Positions 17,982-26,627 of a stretch of 34,567 nt of DNA are shown piece after piece; position 1 is the stretch's first letter, and every line of letters begins with the position of its first letter. The notes under the pieces were generated by a model. That model made no database searches. It saw only the letters and a list, made by a program, of their open reading frames with translations, and was not told the origin of the DNA. The stretch is taken from the IMG/VR virus record IMGVR_UViG_3300005144_000046, positions 1-34,567 of that record; one strand, 5' to 3'. This DNA is from a virus (Duplodnaviria > Caudoviricetes). A program made the translations under genes and the position numbers.

Positions 17982-19072
17982 TAGTCTTTCTCGACCGGCT
18001 TATAGCAAGGTATAAACTCGCTCTTACACCTCGTTACGCTCCCGTCGCTATCAACATGAACCTCTATTATCCAACCTCCGATATGTGCTGATATTCTTTT
18101 CCCTCGCATGAAGGGTGTTTGATTTTGCAGGCATCCACACTCGAACGCATGTATGTTTCTGTACCATAAGTACATCGCCTTATGATGATGGCCGTTCAGC
18201 AATATGTTTGGCTTCTCGCCGCCCGTCATCGAATCGATGTATTTCTGCAGGCTATATGACAGCGCATACGCAGCGCCGTCCAGCGGATGGTTCAGCTCCA
18301 ATATGCAATTCGGCGTCAGCAGGATCCTGGCATTGTTCTGCCCCAGATACTTCATGTCAGGCCGCTTGGCTGCGATCTGTGCGCCGATGTCGATGCCGCC
18401 GTTCTTGATATGGCTTGTGTCATGATTGCCTATGATAAACTCTGTCGCGATGCCCGGCCTCTGCGGGTACACATCGATGACATATTGGCTCTGATCGTCT
18501 GCGCCATGCTTGAATATCTCATGCTCATGCCCGGGCCTCATTTTGAATCCCTCGGTAATGTCGCCTGGGTGATAGACCTTGTCCAGACCCTCGGCGGCGA
18601 ACAGGTCATATAGATGATTCAGGAACGTCAGCTGCTGCCATTTGCTGCAGAGATGCGTGTCGCTCACTACGCCAAAGCGCAGGATCCGTTCACCTGCCCA
18701 TTGCTCTGTGTATTCGTTTTCCTGCGGGATGATGTCCCGGCACAGCGCTATGGTCGCGTCTGTCTCTTGTACCTGGTATCCAGCATCCCGCCAGTCTGCG
18801 ATATGCGCCTGCAGTATCCTCGGCGTGATATTGTGGCGTTTGCAAATGTCTGCCTTCGCTGTCTCCTTGGCGATCTCGCTGATTGATAGCGCCGTCTGCT
18901 CCGGTTGCCCCTTGCTCTTATATTCAGGCTTCGTTCTAAGCGCTCGCCGGACTTTCTCCCAGGTTTGCTGTTCGCTCAGCTCTGGAAAGTGATGGCGCAT
19001 TGCTTTGGCCACTTCCGTCCAGCTTTTCCCTTGTTTGAATTTAAGGTCCGCCGCCTCTTCTTTCCAGTCCAA
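17978..19072 (-). CDS. Calcineurin-like metallophosphoesterase with N-terminal HTH-like region
   Basis: SDTH, GDITEG, GNHD, HP and GHHH motifs. Confidence 0.88.
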   Translation of the reverse strand: MDWKEEAADLKFKQGKSWTEVAKAMRHHFPELSEQQTWEKVRRALRTKPEYKSKGQPEQTALSISEIAKETAKADICKRHNITPRILQAHIADWRDAGYQVQETDATIALCRDIIPQENEYTEQWAGERILRFGVVSDTHLCSKWQQLTFLNHLYDLFAAEGLDKVYHPGDITEGFKMRPGHEHEIFKHGADDQSQYVIDVYPQRPGIATEFIIGNHDTSHIKNGGIDIGAQIAAKRPDMKYLGQNNARILLTPNCILELNHPLDGAAYALSYSLQKYIDSMTGGEKPNILLNGHHHKAMYLWYRNIHAFECGCLQNQTPFMRGKRISAHIGGWIIEVHVDSDGSVTRCKSEFIPCYKPVEKDY

Positions 19073-19152
19073 ACGCTCACCCCTTCTTTTTTAATACCGC
19101 GGTCTCCCGCCCCTGACCTTTTCTGCGGTATGCACACCCACAATGACCATAT

Positions 19153-19181
19153 AAAAAGAGCCACATTTCTGCAGCTCTTTT
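19153..19181 (-). terminator. Intrinsic terminator after DUF559-like gene (possibly bidirectional)
   Basis: AAAAGAGC-12 nt-GCTCTTTTT. Confidence 0.65.
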
Positions 19182-19183
19182 AG

Positions 19184-19882
19184 TTAGATTTTGCGTTTTG
19201 AATAACTTGCCGGTAACATGCCGTTGTTCGCCTTTCGAACCTTCTCGCGCTCGCGCTTGGCGGCTCGTATCGCCGGAACAAGTCTCTTTATGTTCTGGTT
19301 TATCAGCTCGTCCGTGATTCGGATTACTTCCCATTCTGGCCCAAGGCCTATGACTATCAGGTTGTCTCGCAAATTTTCTTTCGCCATTGTTCTTTCTGAA
19401 TGAAATACTGTTCCGTCAACCTCCAACACGATTTTCTCGTCTGGTAAAACAAAGTCAGCCCGATATCTCCCAAGTTTAACTTGATGCCTTGTGGATATTT
19501 TATGTTTAAGCAGCTCGATGGCCACCATGATTTCCTCTGTGCTATCAAACCAGCCATCTCTGTGCAGATGTTTCTTTACTATCGCGACCGGTTTCTCATA
19601 TCTTTCTCTTTCCGCCTTGGATCCAGTGGTGGCCATGATTCTTTTAATGGCGTTCTCGAGCTTCTTTTCTTTGGCTTCGTGGCTTGATACTTCACGATTT
19701 TCTTTGTCCGATAAAAGCTCGTTAAATTTACACGCTTTGCATGTATATTTAACTTCACGGCTATAAGAAAAGGTCATAACCTCTTGTCCGCATATGTGGC
19801 ATTTCGGGAAATACTTGGTTAGATACCCAACGCCCTTTCTTTCAATAACCCTGATCCCGTCTTTAACCGCATCGTGATACAT
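19184..19882 (-). CDS. DUF559/Vsr-like PD-(D/E)XK endonuclease with N-terminal Zn ribbon
   Basis: QVKLGRYRADF..VLEVDG..FH, WEVIRI; CHIC/CKAC. Confidence 0.82.
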   Translation of the reverse strand: MYHDAVKDGIRVIERKGVGYLTKYFPKCHICGQEVMTFSYSREVKYTCKACKFNELLSDKENREVSSHEAKEKKLENAIKRIMATTGSKAERERYEKPVAIVKKHLHRDGWFDSTEEIMVAIELLKHKISTRHQVKLGRYRADFVLPDEKIVLEVDGTVFHSERTMAKENLRDNLIVIGLGPEWEVIRITDELINQNIKRLVPAIRAAKREREKVRKANNGMLPASYSKRKI

Positions 19883-19889
19883 ATTCTAT

Positions 19890-19978
19890 AAACACCGCCT
19901 TCCGTGTTTGCCTCGAAAATGGAAATATCGGGAAGGCAACAAGGCTATTGCTTTTCGCTCCGTCGAGCTATCCCGATA
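19890..19978 (-). ncRNA. Candidate structured leader RNA (3-way junction plus SD hairpin)
   Basis: TATCGGGA/TCCCGATA closing stem, GCTC-GACG-GAGC and GCAA-TAGCCTTG-TTGC hairpins. Confidence 0.6.
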
Positions 19979-20023
19979 CTTTTATCAGCGCATGCTTTTA
20001 TCAGCATACTCTTTCACAAGAGC

Positions 20024-20067
20024 ACTATAACACAGGAACATACCCTAAAAGTCTCACATTAGTCTCA
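20024..20067 (-). promoter_or_regulatory. Putative late promoter with activator-binding direct repeats
   Basis: TGAGACT twice at 11 bp spacing, extended -10 TGtTATAGT, no consensus -35; directly after the ArpU/RinA gene. Confidence 0.7.
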
Positions 20068-20475
20068 TCGTATTAAACCTAACTCCATCGCTGTCAGTAA
20101 AACTATATCCTTTCTCAGACGAAAGTATGTTGGCCTGCTCGTCGGCATATCCATGCAAACCATATCCATGCTTTTGTTTTGGTTATATTTAAGCTCGAAA
20201 AGATTATTGTGGTCCTCGCTTAACCTGCCGAGCGCATTGTCGACCGCTTTGACGGTCTTTTCCAATTGCACGATCGAAACGCTTGATATGAGCCGGATGC
20301 CTTTGCTCTCTGTTGGATTGCCTGGGCCAGACTGTACGCAGGTTTCTCTGAATGGTGTGCCGTCGATGATTTCTTCCCGTAGCATATCCAGCTCATTCCG
20401 GTTCTTTTTGTAGCTGTATAGTTCAAATTCGACATATTTCCATACTGCATGCGGTATTTTGGTCTCTGATGCCAT
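20065..20475 (-). CDS. ArpU/RinA-family late transcriptional activator
   Basis: YVEFELYSY, GNPTESKG, LFELKY, C-terminal HTH SRPTYFRLRK. Confidence 0.88.
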   Translation of the reverse strand: MASETKIPHAVWKYVEFELYSYKKNRNELDMLREEIIDGTPFRETCVQSGPGNPTESKGIRLISSVSIVQLEKTVKAVDNALGRLSEDHNNLFELKYNQNKSMDMVCMDMPTSRPTYFRLRKDIVLLTAMELGLIR

Positions 20476-20512
20476 TGAATCCTCCCTCTATATCAACCGG
20501 ATTTTGTCCGGG

Positions 20513-20662
20513 TTATCTTATGTCGGGCCACTTCGCATCGGGATTGTTGAATCTCCCATGAAGAAAGCCTTCTGACCATCCATCTTCCTTGCCTCGGACA
20601 TATCCGATAATCATTGCCCCGCCGATCAGACCGGCCATAACCGCGTAGAACAATAAGCTCAT
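20513..20662 (-). CDS. Small membrane protein (49 aa, not in the ORF track)
   Basis: MSLLFYAVMAGLIGGAMIIGYVRGKEDGWSEGF...; ATGA overlap with lar. Confidence 0.7.
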   Translation of the reverse strand: MSLLFYAVMAGLIGGAMIIGYVRGKEDGWSEGFLHGRFNNPDAKWPDIR

Positions 20663-20847
20663 TTGTCCTCACCCACTCTCTTGTTCCATGCGGCCGCGGC
20701 ATCCCATTTGGTTGCTTCGACACCAATGTTGCAGTGACACTCTTTACACTCGCCCCAAAACTCATCCGGATCCCAAGAGCACCATGAGCCACCTTCTCTG
20801 ATTTCCGCTTCCCCTCCGCAAAACGGGCAAGGTTTCAATTCGCTCAT
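20659..20847 (-). CDS. Lar-family restriction alleviation protein
   Basis: MSELKPCPFCGGEA...CKEC...AAAAWNKR. Confidence 0.88.
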   Translation of the reverse strand: MSELKPCPFCGGEAEIREGGSWCSWDPDEFWGECKECHCNIGVEATKWDAAAAWNKRVGEDK

Positions 20848-21116
20848 TTCTGCACCCCTCTCCATTTGGCGGATAGGCATCTATCCTCTGATTCGTCGAA
20901 TTGGCATGTTTCATTCTTGTTCCCATTTACTTGTGCGACATAATTAACGCAGAATTCGCATGAAGTAATAGTGCCGTCATTTCGCATAATTTCCTCTAAA
21001 TCCCTTACCGCCGCATCTCGCTCGGCCTTGATCCGCTGAATTTCATCGGCGCATTCGCTGCAATATCCCACACCGGATGTGATTGATTTGCCGCAGTTGT
21101 TGCAATTCATGGTCAT
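20844..21116 (-). CDS. Hypothetical Cys-rich protein
   Basis: MTMNCNNCG...ERDAAVRDL..CEFC..KWRG; ATGA coupling. Confidence 0.75.
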   Translation of the reverse strand: MTMNCNNCGKSITSGVGYCSECADEIQRIKAERDAAVRDLEEIMRNDGTITSCEFCVNYVAQVNGNKNETCQFDESEDRCLSAKWRGVQK

Positions 21117-21418
21117 TCCTCCGTTTCTAAAGCGAGCGGATGGATAATCGTGCAGGTGGCGGATTCGTTGCAGTTTAGACAGTTTTCCAAAATGTCGTCC
21201 TCGCAATAACCATCCTTGGCCAACTCTCTGAAGCGCGGGCATTCGTCCTTGATTTTTTGACAATCTTCGCAAAAATAGCCGTCATAAAATTCTCCATCAA
21301 ACTTGCCCGATTCATAACGCGCCGGCTTCCCCTTCTCTATGATTGTTCCGCAGCCAAAGCACCGGTGGATCTTCTTTGTGCTCTTTATCTGGCTTTCCTT
21401 GAAGAATTCGCAGCTCAT
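21113..21418 (-). CDS. Hypothetical Zn-finger protein
   Basis: HRCFGCG..IEKG..YFCEDC; coupled ORF. Confidence 0.75.
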   Translation of the reverse strand: MSCEFFKESQIKSTKKIHRCFGCGTIIEKGKPARYESGKFDGEFYDGYFCEDCQKIKDECPRFRELAKDGYCEDDILENCLNCNESATCTIIHPLALETEE

Positions 21419-21603
21419 TCTGCCGCCCTCCCTTTGTGCTCGTCAAACAACATCGTCGGCATCAGTTTCCCGGCATATCGCCGCAGCTGGCGCAAATTGC
21501 CCCCTTTCGCCGCTTTGCATTGTTTGCCGCAATATGCCTTCCGGCGGCATTTTGAACAGATACCATCGGTTTTCCATTGGTCTGTATTGGTCATTTGCAG
21601 CAT
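21415..21603 (-). CDS. Hypothetical protein
   Basis: MLQMTNTDQWKTDGICSKCRRKAYC; AGGAGG SD. Confidence 0.7.
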   Translation of the reverse strand: MLQMTNTDQWKTDGICSKCRRKAYCGKQCKAAKGGNLRQLRRYAGKLMPTMLFDEHKGRAAE

Positions 21604-22193
21604 GCAATTTCCTCCTTTTGCAGCGCCTGTTTGATTCGCTTCTTCGCCAGGCAATCCCGGCATATCGTGGTCACGCCATGCAGTCCGTATAATGAGTTTT
21701 TACTCACCGGCATCCGGAACTGTAAAACCGGCAATTCGCGGCCGCAGCATGGGCAAACCTTCATTTGCGGCGTCCCGTATTTCGCCAGCTCATCCGGCGA
21801 CAGCTTGTATGATATTACCGGGCCGGCATTCGGCTCCGGCGCAGGCAATGGTCCAGCCATTCGTTTGACGTTATTCACTTTGCCCTCCTTGCTGACGTAG
21901 GTCCCATATGACATGTGCAATGCGTTCGCCTTTGCGGCGGCGGTTATGAGGCTCTCGACTGGCTTTCGCTTTGGCGGCGTCAATATCTGCGGCTTGGGCG
22001 GCAGCGGGCCTTTGCGCCTTGTGCATCCGCAGGAAAGCGTTTCGCCGTTGCGTAGGCTGTGGCCATAGACGATTTTTACTGTCCCGCAGTCGCATCTGCA
22101 CCACCATCGGCCTTTTCCGCTGTTGGTCTCGGCTTTGCCAAGCACCGTCCACTTGCCGAAGCGCTGCCCTGTCATGTCGATTGCTTTTCCCAT
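21591..22193 (-). CDS. Protein with homing-endonuclease-type N-terminal Cys domain and C-terminal Zn ribbon
   Basis: DMTGQRFGKWTV..WWCRCDCG..SCGC; CPCC..CRDC. Confidence 0.75.
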   Translation of the reverse strand: MGKAIDMTGQRFGKWTVLGKAETNSGKGRWWCRCDCGTVKIVYGHSLRNGETLSCGCTRRKGPLPPKPQILTPPKRKPVESLITAAAKANALHMSYGTYVSKEGKVNNVKRMAGPLPAPEPNAGPVISYKLSPDELAKYGTPQMKVCPCCGRELPVLQFRMPVSKNSLYGLHGVTTICRDCLAKKRIKQALQKEEIACCK

Positions 22194-22864
22194 TAGTCCT
22201 GCACTTCCTCGATGGTGAGTGCGAAGCGGTATTTATCGGTTGCGGCGATGATACACTGTAAGTTCGCCATCCGGTTCATTATGTCTTGTCCTTCGCCTTC
22301 GCCGTCGATGGTGATTATCATCGCTAGGTTGGATTTCGGAGCGATCGGCGTGATCGTGGCGGTCGCTTCTGGTTCAGGTGCCGGCAGCTCAATCGCCTTG
22401 ATTTCTTCTGCCTTTTCGGCCGCCTTGCTGATAACGTCCGCTGCCGCTTCGCTGAAGGTTTTTCCGTTCCGCTCTTGGTAGGTCAGCGCCGGCTTGCCGA
22501 AACATTCCTTGCAGGTGTGCCCCATTTGGCCTTTACAGAATAATTCAACCGGCTTCGTTTTGCCGCACTTCTTACAGGTGCGCATTTCAGTTGCCTTGGT
22601 TTCTTGGTTAAACATTGTTTTACCCTCCTTCTTTATTCCGATGCACTCATGGCATATCGCGCCAGTTTTGCCGGATATGCCAGTCGTGAAATGTAGCAGT
22701 GATTTCTCCTTGCCGCATAAAAGGCAGCGTTTTTTGGATACCGGTCCGTATTTGGCCAATTCCTCAGGGGAAAGGCGATAGGTTTTGACTTCGCTTGAGT
22801 ATTCCGCAGGCTTTTCGACCATCGGCTCATGGTCGATATCGATGGTCAATCGGCCACACTTCAT
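22193..22864 (-). CDS. Hypothetical protein with two Zn ribbons
   Basis: CLLC..CHEC and CKKC..CKEC; start at MKCGR overlaps the rusA stop. Confidence 0.7.
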   Translation of the reverse strand: MKCGRLTIDIDHEPMVEKPAEYSSEVKTYRLSPEELAKYGPVSKKRCLLCGKEKSLLHFTTGISGKTGAICHECIGIKKEGKTMFNQETKATEMRTCKKCGKTKPVELFCKGQMGHTCKECFGKPALTYQERNGKTFSEAAADVISKAAEKAEEIKAIELPAPEPEATATITPIAPKSNLAMIITIDGEGEGQDIMNRMANLQCIIAATDKYRFALTIEEVQD

Positions 22865-23211
22865 GTTATTTCCTCGATTTCTACGACCACACCGTCGCCT
22901 GTGAAAAACTTCTGGGATAACTCTTTGACATATTTCCTGTTGTCGTCCTTGATCACATGCCCCTTTAGTCCATCGATGATCATTTTGGACAAGCAACCGT
23001 GATTGTCGATGTCGAGGCGGTCGTCGTATAGAATCGTGATCTTCACCGGGTTCTCATATGGCTTCTTCGGGATCTTCTGTTGTAAAAGTGCCGCCTTGAC
23101 CACCCATTGAACCTCTTTAACCAGATCATCTTTCTCGACCCAGTGTGCGCCCGGCTTAACCTTGTTTAGGCCATATCTGTAGTTAACATTCAGTGCAAGA
23201 TTGATTCTCAT
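22861..23211 (-). CDS. rusA: RusA-like Holliday junction resolvase
   Basis: DIDN..K..IDGL...DD catalytic pattern. Confidence 0.82.
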   Translation of the reverse strand: MRINLALNVNYRYGLNKVKPGAHWVEKDDLVKEVQWVVKAALLQQKIPKKPYENPVKITILYDDRLDIDNHGCLSKMIIDGLKGHVIKDDNRKYVKELSQKFFTGDGVVVEIEEIT

Positions 23212-23414
23212 ACATCCTCCATCTTGTAGGTGATGACCGGCCCCGGCAGCTCGTCCTCTTTGTTGTGCGAGGATGTTAAGAGCGTTCGCGCGTGACCACC
23301 ACCGTCGCCCGGCCCGCTTTCTTCATCGTAGCGGTCATAAAGGATGCCCATGCCTGCCGCCCGGCCATGATGTAATTCGGATTCGAGAAATTCCCTTATG
23401 TGGCGCTTTCTCAT
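23208..23414 (-). CDS. Hypothetical protein
   Basis: MRKRHIREFL...GPVITYKM; coupled on both sides. Confidence 0.65.
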   Translation of the reverse strand: MRKRHIREFLESELHHGRAAGMGILYDRYDEESGPGDGGGHARTLLTSSHNKEDELPGPVITYKMEDV

Positions 23415-23731
23415 GTTTCCTCCATTTTTACCCATACCGCCTTGTCATCAAAATACTGGTGCGCGAACACTTTTATGCTGTCGCCGTATATTTCGATGAC
23501 TTCCGGCAAATTGCGGTTTATGGTATCGAAGAACAACCCTCTTGTGTTACACCAGGCGACCGCCTCTTTAAGCCGTTCGTTTGTACGGCACGTCCAGAGA
23601 ATAAGTTTCGTTCCTGCCGCTTTTTCTTCGATGAGGTGGCATATCAGCGGATAATTCGCCTCGCCGATGGCCGGCCACCGATCGGAGCATAACGTGCCGT
23701 CAAAGTCTACGGCGATGATTTTAGGGATCAT
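23411..23731 (-). CDS. HAD-superfamily phosphatase-like protein
   Basis: IAVDFDGTL, ILWTCR, K..A..YFDDKA. Confidence 0.88.
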   Translation of the reverse strand: MIPKIIAVDFDGTLCSDRWPAIGEANYPLICHLIEEKAAGTKLILWTCRTNERLKEAVAWCNTRGLFFDTINRNLPEVIEIYGDSIKVFAHQYFDDKAVWVKMEET

Positions 23732-24471
23732 TCGATACCCTCCCAATTCTTATTGCCCCGACGCACCGGCCGCGCTTCATCCTGTTGCTTGACGGCTGGC
23801 GTCTTCCCTTTGTTTTGCTCCTTGGAAAGCCATCCGGCAATAAACCGCAGGATCCCGGATTTTGTCTTGCGCTTAGCTGGGTTCGCATTAAGCCACCCCC
23901 GCATATTCCGCAGCTCCTGCATCACGTCAACCGCAGGATACAGCTCGCGCCATTCGTCAACCTGGTCCATATAGACCGGAAATTCCGTTTTGTCATTGAG
24001 CGTGAGAGAGATTGCCGCCGTCCGGTCCGGAGCTTCAGCGCCGGACATATATTCGTATTCGGATTCGGATTCTCGTATTGGATTGGATTGGATTGGATTA
24101 CGGTAACATTTGATATCATCTGATATCATTTGATTGCAAGTGATATCCGGGGCAGGAAACTTGCTCTTTTTGGCTCTTATCTGTTGGTGGACTCCCCATG
24201 TTGGGAGACACAGGAAGGGCTTGCCTTCTACAGCGTAGAGGCTCACGCATCCTGCGTCCGCCAAAGCCCGGAGCGCACCTTCGATATCCTTCAGGGCAAC
24301 TCTTTCCTTGAGCGGGTACAATCTTGCTTTCAAAACTGCCGGCCGCGCATCCATCCGTCCATAGTCATCACAATTTACGATCAGCCGATAAAAGAAATTT
24401 TCCTGGAAGAGCGTCAGTTTATCCAGCGATTCGCTGGTACAGATGCTTTCCTTCAGAATTCTATTCGGCAT
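23728..24471 (-). CDS. Phage replication initiator protein
   Basis: MPNRILKESI..DDYGR wHTH-like N-terminus; C-terminal YPAVDV..WL..NP.KRKT; internal iterons. Confidence 0.82.
   Translation of the reverse strand: MPNRILKESICTSESLDKLTLFQENFFYRLIVNCDDYGRMDARPAVLKARLYPLKERVALKDIEGALRALADAGCVSLYAVEGKPFLCLPTWGVHQQIRAKKSKFPAPDITCNQMISDDIKCYRNPIQSNPIRESESEYEYMSGAEAPDRTAAISLTLNDKTEFPVYMDQVDEWRELYPAVDVMQELRNMRGWLNANPAKRKTKSGILRFIAGWLSKEQNKGKTPAVKQQDEARPVRRGNKNWEGIE
24055..24148. repeat. Putative replication origin iterons within the initiator gene
   Basis: TGATATCA-like units at 10 bp period (24111-24148) and (TTGGA)n tandem (24078-24099). Confidence 0.65.
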
Positions 24472-24484
24472 CTATCTTCCTCCA

Positions 24485-25090
24485 TCAAAAGTTCTCGCAA
24501 TGTTTGAACGCGCCGTCCAGGTATTCTATATAATCCCAACGGTTCAAATATTTGCGATACTTCTCAGAATCTGGCCCAAGAGATATTTGTGTCTGATTTG
24601 CCGTGACACTTGATGGGATGACATAGAAACCATTGGCCGTGACCTTGTCTTCAAGGGTGACCGCCACGAAAATATCGCACGTTTGTTTTTTCTTCTCGAT
24701 GTTGAACGTATAGTACGGGTACCCTCGTGTATATACGATCCGGCTCGCCTTGACATCGACCTTCACCCTATTGTTCACCAATATGTCATATGGGTGCTTG
24801 ATCGATGTTAGTTCGGCCACATGCCCCATCTTTCTGATGCACTCTGCGACCTTGGCCTCCCAGCCTGTTCCGAACAGAGTCTCTGATTCCTTAATTTTTA
24901 GCCCGTGATCTTTGGCATATTTATAAAATCCACCACTCTTGCTTATTTTGTTCGATAGGCCAGAATCGCCATAATAACGGTCCATCTCGCCAAGGCTCGG
25001 CATCCTGTCTAGTCCCAGGTCCTCCATTGCCTGCAAGACTTTTTCTAATATCAGTTCTTTTGTCCACTGCGTTCCGTGTGTACGCCCCAT
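24485..25090 (-). CDS. Putative PD-(D/E)XK endonuclease with N-terminal DNA-binding domain
   Basis: G..WE, PYDILVN..KVDVKAS, CDIFV; WTKE..MPS N-terminus. Confidence 0.7.
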   Translation of the reverse strand: MGRTHGTQWTKELILEKVLQAMEDLGLDRMPSLGEMDRYYGDSGLSNKISKSGGFYKYAKDHGLKIKESETLFGTGWEAKVAECIRKMGHVAELTSIKHPYDILVNNRVKVDVKASRIVYTRGYPYYTFNIEKKKQTCDIFVAVTLEDKVTANGFYVIPSSVTANQTQISLGPDSEKYRKYLNRWDYIEYLDGAFKHCENF

Positions 25091-25103
25091 TACTGCCTCC
25101 TAT

Positions 25104-25508
25104 CTAGAACGGACAATCCGCCATATCGAATCCGATTTCGTTACCAAGACTCTGCGCCGATTGCGTTTGCGCCGCTGGCGCTGCGTCCTTCTTTTTATCC
25201 AGGAAGCGCACGCTTTCAGCGATAACCTCTGTGGCCCAATGCTTCTGCCCGTCCTTGCCGTCGTAGGTGCGGATCTGCAGCCTACCATCGACCGCCGCCA
25301 GGCTTCCCTTGGCGAGATAGTTGGCGCAGTTTTCGGCCTGTTTCTGCCATACGACGATGGGGATAAAATCTGTTTCGCGTTCGCCCTGGGCGTTACTGCG
25401 CATCCGATCGACCGCCAGCGTGAATTTTGCGACCGCCACACCATTTGGTGTATATGTGAGCGCCGGGTCCTTCGTAAGCCGACCGATGAGCACAATGCGG
25501 TTCAGCAT
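25104..25508 (-). CDS. ssb: Single-stranded DNA-binding protein
   Basis: [27 protein letters not shown]-terminal DCPF. Confidence 0.96.
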   Translation of the reverse strand: MLNRIVLIGRLTKDPALTYTPNGVAVAKFTLAVDRMRSNAQGERETDFIPIVVWQKQAENCANYLAKGSLAAVDGRLQIRTYDGKDGQKHWATEVIAESVRFLDKKKDAAPAAQTQSAQSLGNEIGFDMADCPF

Positions 25509-25957
25509 GATTTTTCCTCCGTTTCTGCCTCGTAGATATTGCCGATAATTTCACACGTTGCATCATCCGTTTCTGTTTCTACCCACAAGAGAATGTCTGT
25601 GTTGAAATTTTCTCCACAGATTTTTCTTAATTGCCATCCCCATGAGTATGTGCAATTAGGATTGCCAAACTCAACAACTGCGATAAAGCCTTCTTCCCTA
25701 CATGAACACAGCAGGAAATCCCCTTCATAGATTTCCTTGCCGTTTTTGTCATGCAAGCCTGTGAATTGACCTATTGTGTCAGGGTCTACCTCAACTTGAA
25801 TTAACCCAATCGGCATATCTTTCGGAATATCTGCATTGTCGGGTATTATGAAATGGTGCAGATGCTCCCTCCCGTCATTATGGTGTAGGCAGAAGTATGC
25901 ACCGAATACCCATTCGCCATTGTCAATTCGCTTGCCCCTGAATTTATGTTCGCGCAC
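25502..25957 (-). CDS. YopX family protein
   Basis: [35 protein letters not shown]. Confidence 0.93.
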   Translation of the reverse strand: MREHKFRGKRIDNGEWVFGAYFCLHHNDGREHLHHFIIPDNADIPKDMPIGLIQVEVDPDTIGQFTGLHDKNGKEIYEGDFLLCSCREEGFIAVVEFGNPNCTYSWGWQLRKICGENFNTDILLWVETETDDATCEIIGNIYEAETEEKSC

Positions 25958-25961
25958 ATTA

Positions 25962-26615
25962 TCACTCCTTTTTTAATTTCCATACCTTTGCGATATCCGC
26001 ATCTACCATCACGCCATAGACCTTCCATTTGTCATTGAATGTCTGCTGTCCGATCGTATGGCATTCGGTATGATGCTGCCGGCATAGGGGCATCGCTCTC
26101 ATTCCGAGGTGAATTATCTCCTTGCGGTTCCGGCCCATTCCAACGCGATCCTCGGCGTGGTGTAGCTCTGCTTTCTGTCCGCAACAGGCGCATTTCTTGG
26201 CCATCAAGCACATATAGACGTATTTTGTAATATCCGGGGCGAATCCGGCGAGATTGTCCAGCGTCGGGATGCTCCATTCGAGGCAGAATTGGATCAGCAG
26301 TTCGATCAGCTCGTTCGCCGTTGTTACGCTGCAGCTCGCCAGCGAGAACCAGTCGGCCCCGGTTCGTACTATTAGCTCCGCCTTGAAATGATCCTTCAGC
26401 TCCTCGCTCATGTGCCCGGTATAGGCCGATATGTCACGGAGCATGGCGTAAATGTATCGCCGCTGTTGTGGACTGATAGTGCGACCATCGTCCAACCGGA
26501 TCTCGCACTCATTCACCTGCTGCCGGAACATTTTTGCCGCATCGATTTCAGAGAGGGGAGCGACTATCTTGAGCGCCTTGCCGTCATAGTCGATAATATT
26601 GCCTGCGATAATCAC
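25962..26615 (-). CDS. Putative HNHc nuclease (DUF968-like)
   Basis: DGRTISPQQR, CACCG..HH..VGMGRNR, LCRQHHTECH. Confidence 0.87.
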   Translation of the reverse strand: MIIAGNIIDYDGKALKIVAPLSEIDAAKMFRQQVNECEIRLDDGRTISPQQRRYIYAMLRDISAYTGHMSEELKDHFKAELIVRTGADWFSLASCSVTTANELIELLIQFCLEWSIPTLDNLAGFAPDITKYVYMCLMAKKCACCGQKAELHHAEDRVGMGRNRKEIIHLGMRAMPLCRQHHTECHTIGQQTFNDKWKVYGVMVDADIAKVWKLKKE

Positions 26616-26627
26616 TCCCGTACCTCC

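Noticed and set aside
19077-19334. tRNA (GGTTCGAA near 19235) or 85 aa ORF
   Set aside because: The motif lies inside the DUF559-like coding region; no cloverleaf
19940-20005. Hammerhead ribozyme (CTGAT..., GAAA)
   Set aside because: Core would need CUGANGA; the sequence is CUGAUAA and the stems do not fit
24055-24148. CRISPR-like array
   Set aside because: Units are 5-10 bp with no spacers; better explained as origin iterons
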